Shown here: positions 49,406 to 59,424 of the stretch, piece after piece
How the letters are laid out: every line of letters begins with the position of its first letter
Position numbering within the stretch: position 1 is the first letter of the stretch
Assembly (NCBI GenBank): GCA_041667185.1
Contig: JBAYFM010000003.1
Location: 16,962 to 80,961 of the forward strand
DNA length: 64,000 nucleotides
Source: Patescibacteria group bacterium
GTDB taxonomy: Bacteria; Patescibacteriota; Patescibacteriia; SG8-24
Reading direction: 5' to 3'
Program-made: the position numbers and the translations under genes
The notes under the pieces: generated by a model
Database searches by the model: none
Seen by the model: the letters and a program-made list of their open reading frames with translations, nothing else
Told to the model about the DNA's origin: nothing

Positions 49406-50014
49406 TTATTTGACGGCGATGAAGATATCCTTGTCCTCCGCCCAAAGGCGTTTGCCGGCGCGGATGGCCGAGGCGGCATAGCCGTTGCCAGCGTTGCAGC
49501 CGTTATGGCACTGCGTCGCATAGACGGGATGTTCGGGATAGCCGTTGCGTTCCAGATAATTCAGCGTCCATTCGGCCGAGCATTTCAGGTCTCGCGTGCA
49601 TTCGAGCGTGATCTTGTGAAGTCTGTAATGGATCTGAAAATACCCATGCGCGCGGCCGTTGTCGCCGATAGCCAGGCCGTAGAAACGCGATTCCTTCCAG
49701 GCCATGCCCAGGAGGGTTTGGGCGCAATCCTCGTCGTAGCCGCTGGCTTGGCAGACCTCCAGCAGGATCTGTTTGATGGTTGGGGGCTGCTCGGGGCCAT
49801 AGACGACCGGTTCAGCCGACAGTGGCTCCGCTCCCTGGTAATTCAGATCAGCGGTCAGGGTTTGGCCGGTGTAGAGGTCGAGCAAGGAGGCGCCACCCGT
49901 CGCGGCGGCTGGTACGGCCGACCAGGCGAAACCGACCATAAAGACGGCGATATAAGCCCGTCTTAAGGTCCACCAGGAGGCTGGCGCGATCAATTTTTTG
50001 GCTAATTTATGCAT
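49406..50014 (-). CDS. Secreted lysozyme-like/lytic transglycosylase-fold protein
   Basis: TM/signal, then WKESR...GDNGRAHGYFQIH and HNG. Confidence 0.75.
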   Translation of the reverse strand: MHKLAKKLIAPASWWTLRRAYIAVFMVGFAWSAVPAAATGGASLLDLYTGQTLTADLNYQGAEPLSAEPVVYGPEQPPTIKQILLEVCQASGYDEDCAQTLLGMAWKESRFYGLAIGDNGRAHGYFQIHYRLHKITLECTRDLKCSAEWTLNYLERNGYPEHPVYATQCHNGCNAGNGYAASAIRAGKRLWAEDKDIFIAVK

Positions 50015-50281
50015 ATATTTTGGAGGGCCGTTTGGAGACCCAACCGAGCAGACTAGCACGTTTTGATCGTTTTGTCAACGGTGGGAGGTGGTTGGTGGCA
50101 GTGGTGTGAGGCTCGGTTAAGGCGGGGTGCGGGGCTTTGTTTGGGGTCGTGAGGAGCGGAAAACTTACGGCGTAACCTCTCTTTTCAACCTCGGCTGACG
50201 CCGAGGTTCTCTGATAGTGGCGAAAAAAAAACGACCCCTTGGAAAAGGGGTCGGGTGTGGAGAGAAAGAACGGGGGCCGGA

Positions 50282-52108
50282 TCAGAGCGTTCGGCGCGGA
50301 CCGAGGATCTGGGTGATCTCGGGGGTATAGATCGTTTCACGCTCCAGTAAGACCTGGGCCAGAGCGTTGAGAAGCTCGCGTTTTTCGGAGAGGAGCTTCT
50401 CCACTTCGGTGTTGCAGTCGGCGATCATCTTGACGATCTGTCCGTCGATGAGCGTCGCCGTCGTCTCACTGAAGTCGCGGTCGCCGTAGCCAGAATCAAG
50501 GAAGGCTGCCCTGTTCTTGGCTCCGAACGTCCGCAGTCCCAAGGCCGGCTCGTCGGTCATCGCATAGTCGCAGATCATGTGATGAGCGAGATTGGTGGCT
50601 CGCTCAAGGTCGTTCGACACTCCGGTGGTGACATCGCCAAAGACGAGATTTTCGGCCATGCGGCCGCCCAGGAGTATCTTGATCTGGGCGAGGAGTTCGG
50701 ACCTGCGGTAGAGCGGCATGTCGCGTTCGGGCAGGCTGAGCGTGACGCCGAGAGCGAGGCCACGCGGGATGATCGAGACCATGTGGACCGGGTCGCAGCC
50801 GGGAGTGAACCACCCGACAAGCGCGTGTCCGGCCTCATGAAAAGCGATCGTCCGTTTGGTCTCGGGAGTGAGGAAAGAGCTTTTGCGCTCCGGCCCCATG
50901 ATCACTTTTTCGAAGGCGTACGCAACGTCTTGGTGGTCGACGCTTTTCTTGTCGGCCTTGGCGGCGCGCAGAGCGGCTTCATTCAAGAGTTCCTCGAGGT
51001 CGGCGCCGGTCATGCCGGGCGTACCACGGGCGATGACGCTAAGGTCGACGTCAGTTGCCAGTTTGACGCCGCGAGCGTGGACTTTGAGAATGGCTTCCCG
51101 GCCGACGAGATCCGGCTTCGGGAGGACCACCTGGCGGTCGAAGCGGCCAGCGCGGGTCAGCGCCTGATCGAGGATCTCGGGGCGGTTCGTGGCGGCGATG
51201 ATGATGACGCCGGCGTTGTTGGAAAAACCATCCATCTGGACCAGGAGTTCGTTCAGGGTCTGTTCGCTTTCGTTGTGGCCGCCGCTCGAGAAACCAGCGC
51301 CTCCGCGTTTGCGCCCGATCGCATCGATCTCGTCGATGAAGATGATGCAGGGTGCGTGGCGTCTCGCTTGCGTGAAGAGGTCACGGACGCGCGCGGCGCC
51401 GACGCCGACGAACATCTCGATGAAGCCGGAGGCGCTCGCTGAAATGAACGCCACGCCAGCCTCGCCGGCCATGGCGCGCGCGAGAAGCGTTTTGCCGGTG
51501 CCGGAAGGGCCGACGAGCATGATGCCTTTAGGCGCCCGCCCGCCCAGCGTCGTGAATCGCGACGGGTTCTTGAGGAAGGTTACGAGATCTTTGACCTCGT
51601 CGACTGCCTCATCGACCCCGGCCACATCGGTAAAGCGCGTTTTGATGTCCTTGCTTCGGATGAGTTCGAATTGGGACTTTCTATGATCCTGAGCTTTGTC
51701 GAAATTACCGCTCGTTTTTTTGTTCCATTGTAAGAAGCCCCAAAGAAGAGCGATTGGCAGTACGAGCTTCAGGATCAGTATCCAGCCCCAGTTGCCTTTA
51801 CCCGATGCCGGGTTCTCCGCGAATTTGACGTCGTGTTCTTCAAGTTCGCGGTAGACCAGTTCGGTATTGGTGGAGTAGCTGCGCACGATCTCGTTCGATT
51901 TGGTCCGGCTGTGGATCCGGCCCTGGTCGATCGTGGCTTCAACGATCTCTCCCCTCTCGACGAGATCGAGGAATTCGCTGATGCCGACGGTACGTTCAGG
52001 GCGCGCCGCGTCGCCACGCTTCATGTAATTGAAGACCAGGATGGCAAGAGTGACGAGCGCAATCCAGAGCAAGAATGATCGGATACGGTTACTGTTTATC
52101 TGGTCCAT
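50282..52108 (-). CDS. ftsH: ATP-dependent zinc metalloprotease FtsH
   Basis: Two TM, GPSGTGKT, FIDEID, AATNRP, GRFDR, HEAGH. Confidence 0.96.
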   Translation of the reverse strand: MDQINSNRIRSFLLWIALVTLAILVFNYMKRGDAARPERTVGISEFLDLVERGEIVEATIDQGRIHSRTKSNEIVRSYSTNTELVYRELEEHDVKFAENPASGKGNWGWILILKLVLPIALLWGFLQWNKKTSGNFDKAQDHRKSQFELIRSKDIKTRFTDVAGVDEAVDEVKDLVTFLKNPSRFTTLGGRAPKGIMLVGPSGTGKTLLARAMAGEAGVAFISASASGFIEMFVGVGAARVRDLFTQARRHAPCIIFIDEIDAIGRKRGGAGFSSGGHNESEQTLNELLVQMDGFSNNAGVIIIAATNRPEILDQALTRAGRFDRQVVLPKPDLVGREAILKVHARGVKLATDVDLSVIARGTPGMTGADLEELLNEAALRAAKADKKSVDHQDVAYAFEKVIMGPERKSSFLTPETKRTIAFHEAGHALVGWFTPGCDPVHMVSIIPRGLALGVTLSLPERDMPLYRRSELLAQIKILLGGRMAENLVFGDVTTGVSNDLERATNLAHHMICDYAMTDEPALGLRTFGAKNRAAFLDSGYGDRDFSETTATLIDGQIVKMIADCNTEVEKLLSEKRELLNALAQVLLERETIYTPEITQILGPRRTL

Positions 52109-52228
52109 GGGCAGACCTCCTTGGTCCAGGTTGCAGTGGTTGTCAAAGATCCAAACAGGCTTATTTCTAAGCCAAAAATGACCTTAGCAAAAGGCCCGAG
52201 ATAAGGGAAGTGTCGCCTCGCTGCCGCC

Positions 52229-53263
52229 TTATTTGGTCGATCCGTCCTTGAAACGGATGAAGATCCGTTCATCGTAGCGCAGGTCGATATAATCCAATTC
52301 CGACCGCCGGTCGCCAATCTTGTCGCGAAGGACTACAGCCAGACGCGAGGCCTGGACGTCAAAAGGCGTGTTCGAGGTCAGGTAGACGCGCCAGCCGGAC
52401 TCCATGACGGCTTCGACCGAGTCTTTGCCGTTCATGAGTCTGAACCAGACTGATTGTTCGGCCAGGTCCGGCAGCCGGGCATGCGCCTGCAGGATGAGCG
52501 ACAGGAGCGCCGGCGGAACCACGACATCGCCGGGCGCAGCGGTTTTTTTGTCAGCCGCGCCGATGATCAAGGGATAGCCGCCGTCTAGCCGGTCGGAGGG
52601 TGTTTTGGTCTGGATGGCCGGTGGTTTGGTTGATGGTGGCGATAATGGCGCGGCCGCGGTTTCGGCGGCGGCGGTGGTGGCGGCGTCGGCCGGCGTTTCC
52701 ATGGCGCTGATCTCAGGCGGCAACCGCGTGATGGTCTTGATTTCGCGGTCGTTGGTTTCACGTATCACGAAACCGGTCCCATCGAGCGCCCAGAAACGTT
52801 CGTTGTCCCAGTAAACGGCGCGGACGGTTTTTTCCCTGACGGAAATAGTGAGCTGGTTCGGTAGTTTCTTTTCGATCTTCAGGTCGTCGAAGATGAAATT
52901 ATCGCTGATCATCCGCGCGGCCGAATCGACGTCGAAGATCAGGATGTTGTCCTGCGGCAGGATCAGCCAACTCATCCGGCGGAATTGGCCGTAGATAAGT
53001 TCTTTTACGGAGTCGACCGTCGACGGCGAGGCGTTCTCGATGCGGACGTCGGTGATGCGGAACCAGGGCGCCCAGAACGCCGCCCAGAAAGCGATGATCA
53101 GGACGGCGCCGGTCGTGGCTGTAGTCAGGAACAGGCGCGAGGGCCAGAAAGGGCGGTGGTTATTTTGTCCCGCCCGGCGCGGCGCGGACCAGCCACTGCT
53201 CGAGCGGCGGCGCTGCCAGGATCCGGCGATGGAGATGGGGCGTCCGCGTTGAATGCGTCTCAT
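52229..53263 (-). CDS. ftsQ: FtsQ/DivIB-like cell division protein
   Basis: TM, POTRA-like region (KKLPNQLTISVRE), C-terminal YIDLR; directly after ddl. Confidence 0.8.
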   Translation of the reverse strand: MRRIQRGRPISIAGSWQRRRSSSGWSAPRRAGQNNHRPFWPSRLFLTTATTGAVLIIAFWAAFWAPWFRITDVRIENASPSTVDSVKELIYGQFRRMSWLILPQDNILIFDVDSAARMISDNFIFDDLKIEKKLPNQLTISVREKTVRAVYWDNERFWALDGTGFVIRETNDREIKTITRLPPEISAMETPADAATTAAAETAAAPLSPPSTKPPAIQTKTPSDRLDGGYPLIIGAADKKTAAPGDVVVPPALLSLILQAHARLPDLAEQSVWFRLMNGKDSVEAVMESGWRVYLTSNTPFDVQASRLAVVLRDKIGDRRSELDYIDLRYDERIFIRFKDGSTK

Positions 53264-54387
53264 AAGTTTTTCTTTCCCCCACTCTGTCCGGGCGCGTAGA
53301 TCCGCGTCAGACGGCCGTTTCGGCGCCCGCGTTTCAGGGCCAGGGCGATGAGTTTATCAATGAGCCGGCCATAGGACAGGCCGGAGGCCGCCCACAGCTT
53401 GGGGAACATGCTGATGCTCGTGAAGCCCGGCAGTGTGTTGATCTCGTTCAGGTATACTTTCGGCTGTTTGTCGCGGCTGAGCAGAAAATCAACGCGAGCC
53501 AGACCGTAGGCTTCGAGTGCGGTGAAAGTCCGGGCGGCCAGCTGGCGGATGAAGGCGGCGAGAGCCGGTGGTAGCGGCGCCGGGATCAGCGCTTGGGAGC
53601 GGCCGTCGATATATTTGGCTTCGTAATCGTAAAATTCGTTGGAGGGTACGATCTCGCCCAGGACCGAGGTTTCGGGCGCATCCGTGCTGCCGAGGACCGC
53701 GCATTCGATCTCTCGCGCCCGCTCGACCGACTTCTCGACCACGACCTTGAGATCATAACTCAGGGCGAGCCGGATGGCGGCGAGCAGTTCTTTGAGGTGA
53801 TGTGCTTTGCTGATGCCGACCGAGGAGCCGAGATTGGCCGGTTTGACGAAGACCGGGAAACCGAAGCGATTGATGATATCGCGGACGATTCCTTCTTGGT
53901 TCCGTTGCCAGGCTTCATCAGTGAAATCCAGCCAGGGCACGACCGGCAGCTTTTCGCGTTCAAGGATCTTTTTTTGTACGGCCTTGTCCATGCCGACGGC
54001 TGAACCTAGCACGCCGCTGCCGACGTAAGGGATACTCGCGAGTTCCAGAAGACCCTGGAGACAACCGTCTTCGCCGCCCGTGCCGTGGACGAGCGGAATG
54101 GCGACGTCGATGCCGACGGCGCGGCGGTTGGCGCCGTTGAGCCAGCTTGACCCCGGTTGCGCCAGAACCGCCCCGGATCTTTTTCCGGACATTAGGGTTT
54201 TGGCCTGTCCCGCCGGCAACAGCGACTGGTCGCGCAGCCAGCGGCCGGCGCGATCGATGCGCACGGGCAAAATCGAATATTTCGCCGGATCCAGCGCGGC
54301 GATGACCGAGGCGGCGGACTGGAGCGAGACTTCGTGCTCGCCCGAGCGTCCGCCGCAGATGACGGCGATGTTCAGTTTCTTTCTCAT
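53260..54387 (-). CDS. ddl: D-alanine--D-alanine ligase
   Basis: GGRSGEHEVS, HGTGGEDG, GSSVG, YDYEAKY, NEINTLPGFT. Confidence 0.97.
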   Translation of the reverse strand: MRKKLNIAVICGGRSGEHEVSLQSAASVIAALDPAKYSILPVRIDRAGRWLRDQSLLPAGQAKTLMSGKRSGAVLAQPGSSWLNGANRRAVGIDVAIPLVHGTGGEDGCLQGLLELASIPYVGSGVLGSAVGMDKAVQKKILEREKLPVVPWLDFTDEAWQRNQEGIVRDIINRFGFPVFVKPANLGSSVGISKAHHLKELLAAIRLALSYDLKVVVEKSVERAREIECAVLGSTDAPETSVLGEIVPSNEFYDYEAKYIDGRSQALIPAPLPPALAAFIRQLAARTFTALEAYGLARVDFLLSRDKQPKVYLNEINTLPGFTSISMFPKLWAASGLSYGRLIDKLIALALKRGRRNGRLTRIYAPGQSGGKKNL

Positions 54388-55538
54388 TTGGACGGAATTC
54401 GCGGCGTCAGCGGATTGATCCGCGTGACCGCTTCGTAATTGATCGTTGAAAGCCGGGCGGCGAGTTCCTCGGCGGAAACGCGGTCGCGGCCCTGGGAACC
54501 GATGAGGGTGGCGATCTCGCCGGGTCTGAGATCCGGCACGGCGCTCGCGTCGACCACGCACATGTTCATGCAGACGCGGCCCACGACGCGGCAGCGCCGG
54601 CCGCGGATCAGGACTTCGCCGACCGAGGACAATCCCCTGCCGAAACCGTCCCAGTAGCCGACGGGCAGGACGGCCAGCTGCGCGTCTTGTTTCAGGCGTT
54701 CGGTGAGTCCGTAGCTCACTGGCGCGCCGGCTGGCATTTTTTTGACCTGGGCGACGACGGTCTTCCAGGCGAGAGCCGGGCGCAGGTCGAGTCGGCGGCC
54801 GAAAGCTTTGGTCGAAGCTTTGGTCGAAGCTTTGGTCTCGGGCGACGGCCAGAGGCCGTAGAGCGCGATGCCGACGCGCACGGCGTTGAAGCGCGATTCC
54901 GGGTACAGGATGGCGGCGGCGCTGCAGGCAGTGTGGATGAATTTCGGTTTCAGGCCGGCGTCAGCGATGGCAGCGAGCGCGCTGTGGAAACGCTTGAGCT
55001 GCAGCCGGGCGTAGGTCGGATCGGTCGTGTCCTCGATGTTGGCGTAGTGGGTGGAAACGCCTTCGAGAATGACGTGCGGCTGGCGTCTGACGAGCTTGAG
55101 GATCGCGGGCAGATCAGCGGCCAGTACGCCCTGGCGCGAGGTGCCGGTCTCGATCTTCAGATGGATTCTGGCCGGGTGTTTTTTGGTCGCCAGACGACCG
55201 GCGGCTCTGATGGTTTCAGGATTATAAACCGTGAAGCTGAAGCCGGACTTTATCGTTTCTGCCAGCGAAAAATTCGGGGTGTAACCGAGGATGATGACGG
55301 GTCGGCGGACGTCGGCGGCGCGGATCGTTTGAGCCTCGGATAACTGATCAACGGCAAAAACATCGACGGCGTTTTTCACGGCGCGGGCGACCAGGGCCAG
55401 GCCATGGCCGTAGGCGTTCGATTTGACCACGGCGATGAGTCTGACCTCGCGGCCGATGAGCCGCTTCAGCTCCCGCGCGTTATGCGCGAGCGCCGAGGTC
55501 GATATCTCGAGCCAGGTTTTGCCGGGGGGCGTCTTCAT
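54384..55538 (-). CDS. alr: Alanine racemase
   Basis: AVVKSNAYGHG, VRVGIALYG, GRVCM, INYE. Confidence 0.97.
   Translation of the reverse strand: MKTPPGKTWLEISTSALAHNARELKRLIGREVRLIAVVKSNAYGHGLALVARAVKNAVDVFAVDQLSEAQTIRAADVRRPVIILGYTPNFSLAETIKSGFSFTVYNPETIRAAGRLATKKHPARIHLKIETGTSRQGVLAADLPAILKLVRRQPHVILEGVSTHYANIEDTTDPTYARLQLKRFHSALAAIADAGLKPKFIHTACSAAAILYPESRFNAVRVGIALYGLWPSPETKASTKASTKAFGRRLDLRPALAWKTVVAQVKKMPAGAPVSYGLTERLKQDAQLAVLPVGYWDGFGRGLSSVGEVLIRGRRCRVVGRVCMNMCVVDASAVPDLRPGEIATLIGSQGRDRVSAEELAARLSTINYEAVTRINPLTPRIPSK
54803..54837. repeat. In-frame 12-bp tandem repeat (about three copies) within alr
   Basis: AAGCTTTGGTCG twice plus AAGCTTTGGTC; encodes TKAS-TKAS-TKAF. Confidence 0.9.
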
Positions 55539-55578
55539 GTTAGGGCGGATCGGGTGCCTGACACCGGATCGCGGGTCA

Positions 55579-56847
55579 TCATTTCGCGCCGATGACCGTG
55601 CGGCCGCCCATGTACGGGACGAGCGCCGGCGGGATCGCGATGGAGCCGTCCTCCTGCTGGAAGTTCTCCATGATGGCGATGAGCATGCGGCCGATGGCGA
55701 AAGCGGTGCCGTTCAAGGTGTGGGCGAATTGCAGTTCCCCGCTCTTGCGTTTGACGCGGATGTTCAGACGGCGCGCCTGCCAGTCGGTGCAGGTCGAGGT
55801 GGAGTGCGTCTCGCGATAGGTGTTTTGCGACGGGATCCAGGTCTCGATGTCGAACTTGCGCGCGGCCGGGTCGCCGAGGTCGCCCGAGACGATGCCGAGC
55901 ACGCGGTACGGGAGGCCGAGGCCTTTCATCAGGCGCTCCTCGATAGAGAGTAGGAATTCATGTTCGGCGTCGGAGTGCTCCGGCAGCGTGAAGGAGAACA
56001 TCTCGATCTTGTCGAACTGGTGGACGCGCAGGATGCCGCGGACGTCTTTGCCATAAGAGCCGGCCTCGCGGCGGAAGCAGGTCGAGAAAGCGGCGTAGCG
56101 CTTCGGGAGTTCGGTCTCCATGAAGATCTCGTCGGCATGCATCGGACCGATGACATGTTCCGAGGTGCCGATGAGGAAGAGGTCGTCTTTTTCCAGATGG
56201 TAGATCTCGTCGCGGCCGCGTTCGAGGTAGCCCATGGCGCCGAGCGATTTTTCGTTGATCATGACCGGGGTCACGAGCGGGACGAATTTTTCGGCGAGCA
56301 GGATGTTCCAGGCGTACTGGATGAGCGCGAACTCGAGCAGCACCGCCTCGTTCTTCAGGAAACCGAAGCGGGCGGCGGCGACCTTGGCGGCGCGTTCGGT
56401 GTCGATGAGGTCGAGTTCCTCGCCGAGCGTCATGTAGTCGCGCGGCTTGAAACCGAAGCTGGTGGTCTGGCCGACGGTGCGGATGCTGTAGTTCTCGGAA
56501 TCGTCCTTGGCAATGACGACGTCCGGCCGCGGCAGATTCGGGATGAGGCGGAGCAGTTTGTCGAGTTCGGCGGCCGCGGTCTCGAGCCGGGCTTCGATCT
56601 CCTTGAATTGGTCCTTGAGTTTCTTGAGTCCGACGGCTTTGGCTTTCTTGACCTCGACATCCTTTTCTTTGGCCAGCGCCTCGGATTCGCGGTTCTGCTG
56701 GGCCTTGATCGTCTCGGATTCGCCGATGAGCGTTCGGCGTTCGGCGTCCAATTTAAGGATGGCGTCCACGTCAACGTCGATATTCTTAGCCTTGGCGCCA
56801 GTCCTCACGGCTTCCGGATTTTCGCGAATGAATTTGATGTCGAGCAT
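55579..56847 (-). CDS. serS: Serine--tRNA ligase
   Basis: MLDIKFIREN, GTSE, CFRREAGSYGKD, HTLNGT. Confidence 0.98.
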   Translation of the reverse strand: MLDIKFIRENPEAVRTGAKAKNIDVDVDAILKLDAERRTLIGESETIKAQQNRESEALAKEKDVEVKKAKAVGLKKLKDQFKEIEARLETAAAELDKLLRLIPNLPRPDVVIAKDDSENYSIRTVGQTTSFGFKPRDYMTLGEELDLIDTERAAKVAAARFGFLKNEAVLLEFALIQYAWNILLAEKFVPLVTPVMINEKSLGAMGYLERGRDEIYHLEKDDLFLIGTSEHVIGPMHADEIFMETELPKRYAAFSTCFRREAGSYGKDVRGILRVHQFDKIEMFSFTLPEHSDAEHEFLLSIEERLMKGLGLPYRVLGIVSGDLGDPAARKFDIETWIPSQNTYRETHSTSTCTDWQARRLNIRVKRKSGELQFAHTLNGTAFAIGRMLIAIMENFQQEDGSIAIPPALVPYMGGRTVIGAK

Positions 56848-57055
56848 ATGAATCAGTCATGGGACAACCCCCGGCGTTCTTGAGGCCGGAAGGTTTATCC
56901 CCGCGTTTTCAGCGCGGCAGCTAGCCGCCGCATTTTCTGCGGAGTGGGATAAAAAAATAAGGCAGTGATCAGCCTTAATATGATGCCACTTTTAAGCCCG
57001 AGCCGCAAGAATGAGGTGTGCTTAAGTCTCTCTCTGCAGCCTACTAACTCGGCGG

Positions 57056-57087
57056 GATTGCTTCGGCGCTGCACGCCTCGCAATGAC
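57056..57087. repeat. REP-like palindrome (GTCATTGCGAG...CGAAGCAATC type)
   Basis: GATTGCTTCG-GCGCTGCACGC-CTCGCAATGAC. Confidence 0.65.
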
Positions 57088-57209
57088 GGCGGGGCTAGGT
57101 ACGCGCTTTCCCCTTTCATCCAATGGACTGCGAGGGACGGGTTGCGGTGATGACATGAATAGTTTCATGTATCAAAAGAGGAGCCTTGTGGCTCCTCTCA
57201 TTGGTATTT

Positions 57210-57237
57210 CTGGATTCCCGCCTGCGCGGGAATGACA
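57210..57237. repeat. REP/RS3-like palindrome
   Basis: CTGGATTCCCGCCTGCGCGGGAATGACA (ATTCCC-N8-GGGAAT). Confidence 0.7.
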
Positions 57238-57239
57238 TT

Positions 57240-58721
57240 CTAGTCTTTTTCCTCCGGCCGTAGCGTCGGGAACAGGATGACTTCTTTGAGGTTGTGCGAG
57301 CCGGCGAGCAGCGCGGCCAGGCGGTCGATGCCCATGCCGAAGCCCGCGGTGGGCGGCATGCCGACCTCCAGGGCCTCGATGTAATCTTCATCCAGCCGCT
57401 GCGCCTCGGCGTCTCCGGCCTCGCGGGCCTTTTCTTGCTCCATGAAGCGCGCCCGCTGGTCGATCGGATCGTTCAACTCGGAGAAAGCGTTGCAGAGCTC
57501 AGTCCCCTGTCCGAGGACGAGCTGGAAGCGTTCGACGTAGCGGCCATCCGACGGCATCTTTTTCGCGAGCGGCGAGAGTTCGAGCGGGTGGTTGGTGATG
57601 AAGGTCGGGTTGACGATCTTCGGGCGGACGAATTTCTTGTAAAGGTTATCCATGAGCTTGCCGCGGCCGTCGGAATCCTCGACTTTGACGCCGCACTGGG
57701 CGGCGACGTCCGCAAGCGAATGGCGATCGGGATATTTTTCCAGATCCGGTCCGCCGAACTTGATGAGCGCGTCGCGGAACGTGAGGCGTGGATACGGCGG
57801 CGTGAAATCAATGACCTGCCCGTCATGCTCGACCTGTAGCTTGCCGCAGGCTCGGTCGACGATCTGTGGCAGCAGCCGCTCCGTGAGCTTCATCAGGTCG
57901 TTGTAGTCGGCGTAGGCCTGGTAGAATTCGATCTGGGTGAATTCGGGATTGTGCAGGTGGTCGATGCCTTCGTTGCGGAAGCAGCGGGCGATCTCGAAGA
58001 CGCGCTCGTAGCCGCCGACGATCAGGCGCTTGAGATAGAGTTCCGGCGCGATGCGGAGGTATAGGTCCGTATCTAGGGCGTTGTGATGCGTGATGAACGG
58101 TTCCGCCGTGGCGCCGCCGGCCAAAGGCTGCAGGATCGGCGTCTCCACTTCCATGAAGCCTTCCCGCGTGAAGAATTCGCGGATAGTGCTCACGATGGCG
58201 CTGCGTTTCACGAAAATGGCGCGGACCTCGGGATTGGCGACGAGGTCGAGATAGCGCTTGCGGTAGCGGATCTCGGTGTCCGAGAGACCATGCCACTTGT
58301 CCGGCAGCGGGCGCAGGGCCTTGGCGAGGATCGTGAGGGCCGTCGCTTCGACGGAGCGCTCCCCTCTTTTGGTCAGGAAGGCTTTGCCCTCGACGCCGAT
58401 GAAATCGCCGTGGTCGACGTTGGCCTGGAAAAAATCAAAGACCGACGCGCCTAAAAGGTCGCGCTTCAGGTGCAGCTGGATCTTGCCGGTACCGTCCTCA
58501 AGGTCGGCGAAACAGGCGCCGCCATGGCCGCGGACCGCGCGAAGGCGTCCCACGACCGCAATCGGCGTGCCGGCGGAAGCGAGCGCTTCAAAATCGGACA
58601 GGACCTGGGCGATGGCGTGCGAACGTTTCGAGATCGCCGGATACGGGTCCACGCCCGCAGCGATCATGTTGCGCATCTTTTCGAGCCGGACGGCTGATTC
58701 CTCGAGAGGATTTTGATCCAT
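57240..58721 (-). CDS. lysS: Lysine--tRNA ligase (class II)
   Basis: [42 protein letters not shown]. Confidence 0.98.
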   Translation of the reverse strand: MDQNPLEESAVRLEKMRNMIAAGVDPYPAISKRSHAIAQVLSDFEALASAGTPIAVVGRLRAVRGHGGACFADLEDGTGKIQLHLKRDLLGASVFDFFQANVDHGDFIGVEGKAFLTKRGERSVEATALTILAKALRPLPDKWHGLSDTEIRYRKRYLDLVANPEVRAIFVKRSAIVSTIREFFTREGFMEVETPILQPLAGGATAEPFITHHNALDTDLYLRIAPELYLKRLIVGGYERVFEIARCFRNEGIDHLHNPEFTQIEFYQAYADYNDLMKLTERLLPQIVDRACGKLQVEHDGQVIDFTPPYPRLTFRDALIKFGGPDLEKYPDRHSLADVAAQCGVKVEDSDGRGKLMDNLYKKFVRPKIVNPTFITNHPLELSPLAKKMPSDGRYVERFQLVLGQGTELCNAFSELNDPIDQRARFMEQEKAREAGDAEAQRLDEDYIEALEVGMPPTAGFGMGIDRLAALLAGSHNLKEVILFPTLRPEEKD

Positions 58722-58741
58722 AAAAGTCAGCGGCTGGGTTC

Positions 58742-59200
58742 CTAGCCGATGGAAATGATGCGATATCTGACCGGTCCGGATGGCGCCGCCACTTCGACCT
58801 CGTCGCCGGCGCGTTTGCCGATGAGCGCCTTGCCGATCGGCGATTCATTGGAGATGAGACCTTGGAGCGGCGAAGCTTCGGTCGAGCCGACGATGGTGAG
58901 ATCCTTCTCTTTGCCATTCACGTTCACTTTGACCCGGGCGCCAATGCTCACGACATCTTTTTTGGTCACTTCAATGATCTCGGCGCGCATGATCTGATCC
59001 GCAAGGTCGATGATATGGCCCTCGGTGAAACTGTATTCTTCCTTGGCCTCCGTGTAATCAGCATTCTCGCTGAGGTCGCCAAGCTCCTTGGCTTTCTCGA
59101 TGCGAGCCGCGATCTCCTGCCGTTTCTCGGTCTTGAGAAAGTGCAGTTCCAGTTTCATCGCTTCCAGTTTTGCCTTCGACACGTACAATGGTCCGTTCAT
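58742..59200 (-). CDS. greA: Transcription elongation factor GreA
   Basis: [20 protein letters not shown]. Confidence 0.97.
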   Translation of the reverse strand: MNGPLYVSKAKLEAMKLELHFLKTEKRQEIAARIEKAKELGDLSENADYTEAKEEYSFTEGHIIDLADQIMRAEIIEVTKKDVVSIGARVKVNVNGKEKDLTIVGSTEASPLQGLISNESPIGKALIGKRAGDEVEVAAPSGPVRYRIISIG

Positions 59201-59424
59201 AGTTCGAGACGCGGTTCGGCCGTTCATCGCGGCGCCGGGTGATTCAATAATAGCGGTCAATTGACCGGCGAGTCAAAGTTTTTCAAGCTCGTCTTGGCAT
59301 AAAGTCCAGAGTAACGGCGCGGGTGGGAGGTGTCAAGACGTGGGAAGTGCAGGAGTCAGGGAGAGACGGAGTCAGGGAGAATTAACCTTGATTGACTCCG
59401 CATCTTCGTTACTCCATGACTGCG

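Noticed and set aside
56895-57150. Small ORFs between serS and lysS
   Set aside because: They translate through REP-like palindromes (SLRGVQRRSNP), typical of spurious calls
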